Shown in pieces: positions 53,949-64,000 of a DNA stretch of 64,000 bases; positions within the stretch are counted from its first letter, which is position 1; every line of letters starts with the position of its first letter. The DNA comes from Octopus sinensis (taxonomy: Eukaryota). Under the pieces are notes generated by a model. The model had not been told where the DNA came from and searched no databases. It saw nothing but the letters and a program-made list of their open reading frames with translations. The translations under genes and the position numbers were made by a program. Where the stretch lies: NCBI RefSeq assembly GCF_006345805.1, contig NC_043000.1, positions 9,238,001 to 9,302,000 on the forward strand, in the 5' to 3' direction.

Positions 53949-54734
53949 TGTATGTATATGTATGTATGTATGCTTGCTTGTATGCATGTGCGCGTTAGTG
54001 TATATATGTATGTATATGTATGTATATATGTTTATGTTGGTGTATATGTGTATGAAGAGTCAGGTTTATAAAATATTTATGACGTTTATATTTCTGTGTA
54101 ACATTTCTCGATATAAGGCTATGTCAGCGCAATTTGTGAGGCTACCTCACAGAGTATATTAATGAACTTCAAAGCAAATACTATATAATTCTTAGGATAA
54201 CACAAGCATTTCTCTGAAGTCAGAAATATAAAGTGCTTATATAGTAATCCGATAGGAAAACCACAGAAAAATAAAAATAGAAATGTTATTTTTTTTTAAA
54301 CAAATGAGATATTCATATGAAATATTTCGTAGAATTAGGTAATTTTACGGGAAGAGTGAGTTAGTTATCAAGTGTATAAAAAAAGAAATAAGTAAATAAA
54401 ACGGTGATATACATCGAGATATTTGATCACTTCTTCACTTGGACGAATGGTAGAGGTGGAGAGAGGAATGGTTTTATGGCCTTCGGTTATGTGTGTGCGC
54501 GTGTATATGTGTGTGTGTGTGCGCGTATGTGGGTGTATGTATGTGTGTATGCGTGTATGTATATATGTGTATGTATGTATCCGAGTGTTTGTATGTATAT
54601 ATGAATGTATTTATGCATGTATGTATGTATGTATGTATGTATGTATGTATGTATGTATGTATTCATGTATGTATGTATATATGTATGTATGTATGTATGT
54701 AGTATGTAGTATGTTGTATATATATGTATGTATG

Positions 54735-54768
<34 letters not shown>

Positions 54769-54806
54769 TTCATGTATGTATGTATATATGTATGTATGTA
54801 TGTATG

Positions 54807-54837
<31 letters not shown>

Positions 54838-54878
54838 ATATGTATGTATGTATGTATGTATTTATTCATGTATGTATG

Positions 54879-54940
<62 letters not shown>

Positions 54941-55100
54941 TGTATGTATGTATGTATGTATGTATGTATGTATGTATGTATGTATGTATTTATGTATGTA
55001 TGTGTGTATATATGTCAGCCAGTCTGTCTGTCTGACTTATGTACGTGCTTATGTACGTAAGTGTGTATGCATGCATGCATGTATGTATGTACGTATGTGC
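53900..55100. repeat. (TATG)n-dominated microsatellite region
   Basis: Direct reading; similar arrays at ~11500-11760, 56480-56620 and 57750-58020. Confidence 0.9.
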
Positions 55101-55243
55101 GTAATGTAATATAATATATACATGTATGCATATATGAGCAATTCTCTGTCTATTACTCTCTCTCTCTCTCTCTCTCTCTAATAGATATATACATATATTA
55201 AATGTACATATATACATACAGACCCTACACAATATATATATAT

Positions 55244-55278
<35 letters not shown>

Positions 55279-55290
55279 TATATATATATT

Positions 55291-55340
<50 letters not shown>

Positions 55341-55706
55341 ATATATATACATATACATATGTAAACACACACAAACAGATACACATCACAGATGAAAATG
55401 AATTAAATATCAGGTTTTTCACCTTAAACTTATGGGTTAGTGTATGCAGAAGGCCTTTTGATCTTTAGAAATACATTTTCAAAAGAAATGCTAAGAAATC
55501 GACGCTAATTTTAAACGTCAGAAAATGTAACTGGCACGGCTCTTTGATGGAAGATTAGAGTTTTAGTGATTAAAAATAATGTCTCCCTCTTATTTTTCTT
55601 CTCTCTCTTCTCACTTCCTTTCTATACACACACACACACACACACACATGTACCTATGTCAACTATATACATAATATATATGCGTATATGTATATATATA
55701 TATATA

Positions 55707-55762
<56 letters not shown>

Positions 55763-55794
55763 ATATATATATATATTATATAATATATATAAAT

Positions 55795-56139
55795 ATTAGG
55801 GAATAAATCCAAATTTACAGGGAAAATCAGATTTAGGATTAAATCCAATTTTATAGTAAAATATTATGATATTAATTTCGAGACAAAACCACTATTTTGC
55901 AAAACAAACAAGCAAAGACTTAATCAATACATAAAAATTTTTAATATAATGAAATAAACTGCCACTAGACAATCGTTTCATGTAATTAAAGAGATTAGGA
56001 GAAAGCGAAAACCCACCTGACGAATTTCATTGAAGACATGAAACGATTGTAGTGGCGTTTATTTCTTTATATTAAAAATTTTTTGTATTGATTATCTTTC
56101 CTTGTTTTGTTTTGCAAAATAGTGGTTTTGTCTCGAAAT
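55795..56139 (+). mobile_element. Hammerhead element with an inverted copy of its own tail
   Basis: Arms at 55875-55983 and 56036-56139; tail shared with 5239-5322. Confidence 0.8.
56013..56055 (+). ncRNA. Minimal type I hammerhead motif
   Basis: CCAC CTGACGA ATTTC ATTGAA GACAT GAAA CGATTG TA GTGG; intact core, one stem II mismatch. Confidence 0.8.
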
Positions 56140-56244
56140 ATACAAATATACATATAATTACAGTATATACATAGATTATATGCGTAATATATAATCCATA
56201 CAACTATATGTTATTTATATTAATACATATGTATGCATATAATG

Positions 56245-56278
<34 letters not shown>

Positions 56279-56489
56279 CTATATCTATATATATATATAT
56301 ATATACATATATACATATATGTATGTATATATGTATATATGGTATATACAAACATACATATAAGTACAAATATATTAATTGATATATACAGATGCATATA
56401 TTACACACACACAAACCCCCCGCGGCGCACACACACACATAATCTCTCTCCTAATGTTCCTAAGGTACGTACGTACATATGCATGTATG

Positions 56490-56523
<34 letters not shown>

Positions 56524-56545
56524 TTTATGTATTTATGCATGTATG

Positions 56546-56579
<34 letters not shown>

Positions 56580-57344
56580 TTTATGTATTTATGTATGTAT
56601 GTATGTATGCATGTATGTGTACGTACATGTACACCTGTTCGCACTGGCCATGAGTAGATGTATACGTTAGCAGCCACGACCTCGTGCCTGCATCATGTGC
56701 ATGTTATGTATATACATTAATGTACGCACATTCGCGTACACATACTATAAGAGTTATATTTGTCTGTATTAATGTATCCCAGTGTTTTTATTTCCCCCCT
56801 CTGTCGCTATGTCTGTATGCGTGTATTTTCACACTGAACACGGTTCATCTGAATGAAACCATTAGCACCATTTCTTGTTTCTTCGTTTAAAAAACAGATT
56901 CACCCACGCAAGCATCAACTTCTAAGCTCACACAAACACCACATACTTCCTTATAATAAAACTACTTCTTTTCCCACTCCAATGACTATACAATAAAACA
57001 AAAAAATTAATTAAGCCAAATTATCTTTTCTTCTACATCGAGACTTCCATCTCCCATAAATTTTCTTCTCATCTCTATCAATTGTCAAATTACCATTCTT
57101 ACACACGAAACATAAAATCTGGGCTAAAAGTTATATTCATCAACATCTTTTATAGCCAGAAATTAATGTTGACCAGATTTATATACATACACCCATCCAC
57201 ATATACGAACACTAACTGATTTAAATGATAAAAAACAAATATATCAAAGTGGAATTAACCCTTTTCCGCAAAGAAGTCCGCCATTTCTCATTTCTTCGCT
57301 TGTTCGAAGATGCCTCATATGGGATGAAACTAATGGTCATTTCG

Positions 57345-57690
57345 AAGCACTGAAGCTAAAAGGTAAAGGGTACAGACCGCCTTTGCTCATGAATGACCAT
57401 GGGACTGCACCTAGAAAGTTACCCTCCGAGACACAAGACCAAGTAAGGTTGTTTACTAGTAGTCGCCCATGCATACCAGCCTCCCCTCTCCATGCCACCG
57501 ATGTTATCCAAGGGAAAGGCAAAGGGGTCAATGCAGCTTGGCACCTGTGACGTCACAACTCATTTCTACAGCTGAGTGAACTGGAGCGACGTGAAACAAA
57601 GTGTCTTGCTCAAGAACACAATACACAGCCCGGTCCGGGAATCGAACTCATAACCTCATGTTTGTGATTCTAACCATTGAGCCATGCACC
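57345..57690 (-). mobile_element. SINE family E
   Basis: Minus-strand head AGGTGCATGGCTCAATGGTTAG; central GTGTTCTTGAGCAAGACACTT. Confidence 0.8.
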
Positions 57691-58024
57691 TATAGCAGCT
57701 ACGTACTACATAATAACTCTAATTGCTATTATGTCTGTCTGTCTGTCTGTATGTATGTATGTATGTATGTATGTATGTATTTATGTATGTACGTATGTAT
57801 GTATGTATTTATGTATGTATGTATGTATGTATGTGTGTATGTATGTATGTGTGTATGTATGTATGCATGCATGTGTGTATGTATGTATGTATGTACGTAT
57901 CTATGTACGTATGTATGTATGTATGTATGTATGTATGTATGTATGTATGTATGTATGTATGTATTATGTACGTATGTATGTGTGTATGTATGTGTGTATG
58001 TATGTATGTGTACACATACATACA

Positions 58025-58262
58025 TTCCCAGACCGGGTTGTATGTTGTGTTCTTGAACAAGACACTTTATTTCACGGTGCTCCAGTTCAATCGGCTATTG
58101 AAATAAGTTTCGACGTCACTAACAGCAAACTGTATCGGTCTTTGGGTTTCTTTTTGGCAACATTAGTGGCGTGGAGAGAGGCAACTGGTATGCATAGGCG
58201 ACTGTTAGCCTTCCCCAAAGAACCTTGTGCTTTCTAAGTGCAATCCCATGGTCATTTACATG
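58025..58262 (+). mobile_element. SINE family E, head lost
   Basis: GTTGTGTTCTTGAACAAGACACTTTATTTCACG body. Confidence 0.7.
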
Positions 58263-58354
58263 CATGCATCCATTCATCTAAACATACATACATACACACA
58301 CATAGACAAACAAATGCACGCACGCTCATATACACGTATTTAATCCATTATTTT

Positions 58355-58581
58355 TTTTTTATTGCCCACGGGGGCTAAACATAGAGGAGAGAAACAAGGA
58401 CAGACAAAGGGATTAAGTGGTTTACATCGATTCCAGTGCGTAACTGATACTTATTTAATCGACCCCGAAATGATGAAAGGCAAAGTCGACCTCAGCGGAA
58501 TTTGAACTCAGAACGTAGCGGCAGACGAAATACCGCCAAGCATTTCGCCCGGCGTGCTAACGTTTCTCCCAGCTCGCCGCC
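58355..58581 (-). mobile_element. SINE family B with 14 bp target-site duplication
   Basis: TTTAATCCATTATT at 58339-58352 and 58582-58595. Confidence 0.9.
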
Positions 58582-59213
58582 TTTAATCCATTATTGTTAG
58601 TCCGACAAAGTATATTTTGTCAGACTTGCGATTTTGGATTACATGTTCGTTCACTCCCAGACTAATCTTTGATCTCTTTATTCTAAGTGGCCGGGCTTAA
58701 CTGATTTGAATTTGTCACAACAAATATATGTGTGTGTGTGTGTGTGTGATAGAGAGAGAAAGAAGGAGAGCTGCTCCAAGCTAACTGTAAAAGTTTAATA
58801 ATGCGTAAAATCTAAGATAAAAACGATAAAACTTCACCATAATCGTGTATTTCATGAAACATGTATAAAAGAATAGACGTCCCCACTTTGTACAAACATA
58901 AAATTACACGATTTAACAGCAAAAAGCAAAATATGTACGGCGGAAATCTGTTGGAAATTTATCGAACGGCAAATACGTTTACCAACTGACACGTGACGGC
59001 TGGCGTATAAAGATAATGGCAATAAAAAGAACTTATGCCAGGAAATTCTATATGAATTCAACCAGTATAGAAAACAACACAAACGCCAAGCATTTTGAAC
59101 TCTTCAAAATGAGATAATAAAGGTGAGAAAACTTCGAATGTGAACTTTATTGTAATATGAAAATATGAAAAGTCTAAAAAAAGAAGGTTAAACTTGGAGA
59201 ATGTTTGATACAA

Positions 59214-59270
<57 letters not shown>

Positions 59271-60004
59271 TTTCCCCTCTCCCTCGCTCGCTCGCTCGCT
59301 CTTTTACACACACATATTTAGCGTAATTTAATGATGGTCATTAAACTGAATTGTCATTTTCAAAAGTTAATTTTTCAGGAGCTATTATTTATGAGAGAGA
59401 ATCGAAGATCTATAACTTATGATAGGCGAAAGGCAAATTTGGAAATCCAGTTTAGAAGGGACAGAATATTGTAAGTGTATAGAAATGTGGGTATAGAGAT
59501 AAGGTGGAAAAAGAGATAAAATCGGAAACGTGTAGGAATAAAGTAAGGACCGATGTATTAAAAGAACGAATGACTGAGCAACGTGTCAACCACGGGAGTC
59601 CGTTGTGGGGGAGACGGATCAAGACCAGCATCTTAGAATGTATTTTCACTAATGTAAATCAAGTGTACATATCTCAGACTTTTCCTTTAGGTACATTATA
59701 GAAGCGAGCTATCCCTTAAATTCCGTTCCGTAATTTTTATTGAGGTCAGACTCTAACTTAGATCCATAACGTGCCCATCTGATAAGTGTGAGATAATATT
59801 ACCTTCGTACGAAACAACTATTTATGGCCATTGTTTGCGGTTACGATTGTCTGAAGATATTCACATTTGAATACATTTTGAATTTTGGTTAACATCCACA
59901 ACCGGTTGCATCTCCATCCTCTCTCTCCTTCTCTCTGCATGTGTGTGTGTGTGTGTAAAATAAAACTTACTTGGAAAAGGATGCGTGGCGTTCGATCATA
60001 ATAA

Positions 60005-60038
<34 letters not shown>

Positions 60039-60117
60039 TAATAATAATAATATAATAATAATAATAATAATAAATATAAAAAATAATAATAATAATGATA
60101 ATGATAATAATAATAAT

Positions 60118-60955
60118 ACTGGACTAAACTAAACGCAAAAGAAATAGACAAAGAAAAATCCCAGCAATGGTTGAGAAGCTCAGGACTCAAAGCAGAAACA
60201 ACAGAGGGATTTTTAATTGCAGCACAAGACCAAAGCCTCCCCACCAGAAATTACAAAACAATGTAATGAGAAGAAATATTACAAGTAACTGCAGAATATG
60301 TGAGATGGACAAAAAACAATAAATCATATTATCTCTAGCTGCCCAGTCCTGGCTAAGAAGGAATATATTCACAGACATGACAGAGTTGGAACCTACATAC
60401 ATTGGAAGCTATGCCAACATTATGGAATAACAACAGAAAAAAGATGATATAGGCACACACCAGAAAAGGTCACAGAAACGAAAAGCAACCATACTCTGGG
60501 ATATGCCGATACACACAGATAGAGAAATTAAGGCCAACAGACCAGATATAGTTGTCAGAGATCATGAAGAAAAAAAAATGCTTTCTAATTGATGTATCAA
60601 TACCGGCTGATGACAACGTTTCTCTAAAAGAAATGGAGAAACTCTCAAAATACAAAGACCTGGAAATAGAGGTAACTAGAATGTGGAATCTGAAAACAGA
60701 AACAATTCCTATCATAGTAGGTGCATTAGGCATGATAAAAAAATATTCAGACAAATACATAACAAAAACACCAGACTTACAAACACATATAACATACAGA
60801 AAATTGCACTACTAGGCACTGCACACATCCTACGCAGAACACTTTCCATACAATAACCATCAGAGCATCACAACAAATCACAGCACATACCCAAGGCACA
60901 CAGAGCTGCGCTCGGTAGTGAAGTGAAAGCACGCTATAAAAATAAAACTACTGAA
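60118..60955 (+). mobile_element. 5'-truncated R4/Dong-type LINE (CCHC + REL endonuclease + 3' UTR) inside (TAA)n
   Basis: WLRSSGLKAE/TEGFLIAAQDQSL, CRIC..HIISSC, HRHD, ANRPDIV..FLIDVSIP..EKLSKY..IIVGALG; (TAA)n on both sides. Confidence 0.9.
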
Positions 60956-60977
60956 TATAATAATAATAATAATAATA

Positions 60978-61021
<44 letters not shown>

Positions 61022-61044
61022 TAATAATAATATGTATATATATA

Positions 61045-61085
<41 letters not shown>

Positions 61086-61329
61086 CTCATGACTTAGTAG
61101 TTAGGATGTTAGGCTCAGATTATAAAATTGAAGAGTCGATTTCTGAAGCGAGCAGCCCATGCAATCTTTGGGAAGATTTCTTCAATTCATATCATACGCA
61201 TGGGCACATGCACATCCATACAAAATATGTACACACGCACGCGCACGCACGCACACACGCGCACGCACGCACACACATACACACTACATCACACCTGGAA
61301 CCAACCCTAGAGTTGGATCTACGGTTTAA

Positions 61330-61740
61330 ATTGGATTTGGTACTTACATATCTACAGTATCCTACCAACACTTGATACCTTCATTGTTGCTTTGTTGCTT
61401 ACCTCACTGTGGTTGTACCTAGCCTCTACGATGGGATGGCATTTTGTCCCACTAGGGTTTGCAGGGCGTTCTCTTCTAACTCTACGGATCTTATAGACGC
61501 GGCTCGTCTTCTAGAATGTAGTTTCCGGCTCAGAATTTCTGGAACCACCGTTGACACTGGTTTACGCTTTTTGGCCGATCTCCATAGACTGCATTAATAT
61601 TCCTCACACTCTTCGTTGCGTTGTCTCCTTCATTGAACTAAAAGAGCAAACTATGCCGAATATGCTCCTTTGTCACCTCCATTATAGCTTTGAAATAATA
61701 GGTGTTGAAATCGAACGGCACTCTTCATAACTTGCACTAA
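61330..61740 (-). pseudogene. Mariner transposase N-terminal (HTH) relic
   Basis: MEVTKEHIRHSLLF*FNEGDNATKSVRNINAVYG..QCQRWFQKF*AGNYILEDEPR, starting at 61682. Confidence 0.8.
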
Positions 61741-61764
61741 GAATAAAGACAAGGTAAAATTACG

Positions 61765-62053
61765 CCTAGAAAGTTACTCTCCGAGCCACAAGTCTGGGCA
61801 AGGTTGTTTATGGAAGACCAGCAGTCGCCCATGTATACCAACTTCCCCTCTCTAAGCCACCGATGTTATCCAAAGGAAAACAAAACCATTACTGCTTGGC
61901 ACCAGTGACGTCACAACTCATTTCTGCTGCTGAGTCAACTGGAGCGACGTGAAATAATGTGTTTTGCTCAAGAACGCAACACACAGCACAATCCGGGAAT
62001 GAACTCATAATCTCATGACTGTGACCCCGCCGCGCTAACCACTGAGTCATGCA
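61765..62053 (-). mobile_element. SINE family E
   Basis: Collinear with 57345-57690. Confidence 0.8.
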
Positions 62054-62120
62054 CCTACAGCAGCTATGTACTACATACTAACCCTGATTGCCATTATGTC
62101 AGTCAGTCTATTTGTCTGTA

Positions 62121-62402
62121 TTGGGTCATCCCATAAATAATGCAGCTTTTTTATACTGCTTTTAGTTTTCAAAATTAAGATAAACAAAGTTCTTTTCTAA
62201 TCTAAAATATACTCTCCTTCATTTTCTACAATGCTCTTCCATCTACATGGTGGACTTGCAAGGCCCCTCTTCCAAAATTCACCTATCCTAATTGCTCTTA
62301 TGTCTGTCTGTCTCTCTGTATGTGTGTATGTATGTATGTATGTATGTATTGGGTTATCCCTCAAATAATGCGATTGTTTATACTGCTTTTATTTTCCAAA
62401 AT
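62121..62402 (-). mobile_element. Mariner 3' end (62121-62262) plus a second TIR stub (62349-62402)
   Basis: TA|TTGGGT(C/T)ATCCC(A/T)(T/C)AAATAATGC occurs twice; minus strand reads EFWKRGL..RWKSIVENEGEYILD*. Confidence 0.75.
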
Positions 62403-62466
62403 TGTACCTAGCCATTTCTGACATCATACGTTTTGATGCACCTAGATTCTATACATACATACACAC

Positions 62467-62554
<88 letters not shown>

Positions 62555-62659
62555 TTAATCCAAATAAGAAAACACAAAAAACAAAAGAAACACAACAACG
62601 CGAGGACGTGGAACAAATAAAGTATTATTGGACGCTTAGGAAAGAAGGGAAGAAGGAGG

Positions 62660-62694
62660 GTTTAACGTTTCAAGCGGAGCTCTTCGTAGGAAAC
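62660..62694 (-). ncRNA. Decayed variant hammerhead, same family as 20311
   Basis: GTTT CCTACGA A GAGC TCC GCTT GAAA CG TT AAAC; G5 mutated; sits within element ~62555-62790. Confidence 0.55.
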
Positions 62695-63016
62695 ATAGTA
62701 GAAGGAAAGATCCCGATAAGGGAAGAGAGAGGGAAAAAAATCACCAACGGTACTCACGAGGTCACTAGAAATATGTTACAAAATAGAAACAACACGTGGT
62801 AATGTAAGGGAAAAGTAAGAAAAATAAACAAAAATACACAATGTAAATAAAAAAAAGTAAAGGTTTTTTATGAAAAGTAACGAAAGATATATACAATTAG
62901 ATGAACTGAGGTAGGAATAAAAGCAATAAAAGTCATTATTATGAAATTATTAAAGAGATTCAAACATACCGGCGGTTTCATATACATATATATATTTATA
63001 TATATATATATATATA

Positions 63017-64000
63017 CGAGGGGCGTTCAATAAGTAATGCCCCTGACCCACTTCCCATAGCAGTAGAGCAACGAAACTTGGCACAGTTATTAGTCTTTTT
63101 CTACATAGGAACCACCCAGAGTTACGCATTTCTGCCATCGTTTGATGCAGCGCTGGAGACCGTTTTTGTAGAAGACCCCAGCTTGGTCCTCCAACCACGA
63201 CGTGACTTTAGAAATCAAGGCTGCATCATCTATGAAATGCTTTCCTTTCAAAAACAACTTCATGGTTGGGAAGAGGTGAAAATCAGAGGGTGCAAGGTCA
63301 GGAAAGTAGGGGGTATGGGGAGGAGTTCATAGCCGCACGCCTGTGCTTCTGATCTGGCGACAAGCGAGTTGTGGACCGGAGCGTTGTCCTGCAGGAGGAG
63401 GATGCCTTTGCTGATCTTGCCCCGCCTCTTGATTTTGATAACTTCTCTTAATTTCCTCAAAAGTGAAGCATAATAGGCTCCTGCAATTCCCTTTGGAGGG
63501 GGTGAGTCACGGTGATTCCACTGCATTGACTGGGCTTTGGTCTCTGGATCATCGTAATGGACCCAGGTCTCATTCTGTGTAATCAGTCTTTTGAAAAATT
63601 TGACTCATCTTCTTGGCACATCTCCAAATTCACCCTCGAGCACTCGACGCGTTCTTGCTTCTGGAAAGGCGTGAGCAACCTGGGAATCCATCTGGCAGAC
63701 ACCTTTTGCATATGCAAATGGTCATGAATGATAGTTTCCACAGACCCGGTACTAATCTTGACCTCATGGGCTATTTGGCGAATAATTATGCGTCGATCTT
63801 CCAAAATGGCAGCCTCAACTTGACGGACAGATGCCTCATCAATGGCAGAAGGGGGCGACCAGATCTGGGAGCTGTTTCCACAGAGTTCCGACCATGTTTG
63901 AATTCACGATGCCAGCGTTTTACAAGGTCATATGGTGGGGCATCATCACCATAAGTTACTTTCATTTCATGAAAAGTCTCCCGTGGTGTGCATCCTTTCA
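63017..64000 (-). mobile_element. Mariner transposon, internally deleted, running off the window end
   Basis: TA|CGAGGGGCGTTCAATAAGTAATGC terminus; WIPRLL, NETWV, QDNAPVH, PDLAPSDFHLF. QWNHRDSPPPK is fused to GIAGAYY, so the GKVM..VFWD segment is absent. Confidence 0.92.

Overview
Repeat-saturated, AT-rich animal DNA, apparently non-genic or intronic, with one 100-N gap at 17942-18041. The tRNA-head SINE families, microsatellite load and transposon mix suggest an octopus-type cephalopod (inference). I found no host gene I can support, and most listed ORFs are microsatellite read-throughs. Recognisable content: three CR1-group LINE fragments, two Tx1/L1 fragments (ORF2 beside (GATA)n, ORF1 beside (TAA)n), two R4/Dong-type fragments at (TAA)n, an RTE endonuclease relic, a full-length decayed Tc1, mariner pieces, two short Helitrons, a decayed RepHel Helitron containing a SINE and a U6 copy, and many SINEs. 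The most striking signal is Penelope-like (PLE) material in or beside (TA)n tracts. It comprises two GIY-YIG endonuclease-only elements with no RT, each ending in a type I hammerhead ribozyme with an extended stem II, a separate Neptune-type relic, and seven further hammerhead motifs, intact or decayed. Several long, near-perfect fold-back palindromes are also present. All calls were made by eye, and element boundaries are approximate unless stated.
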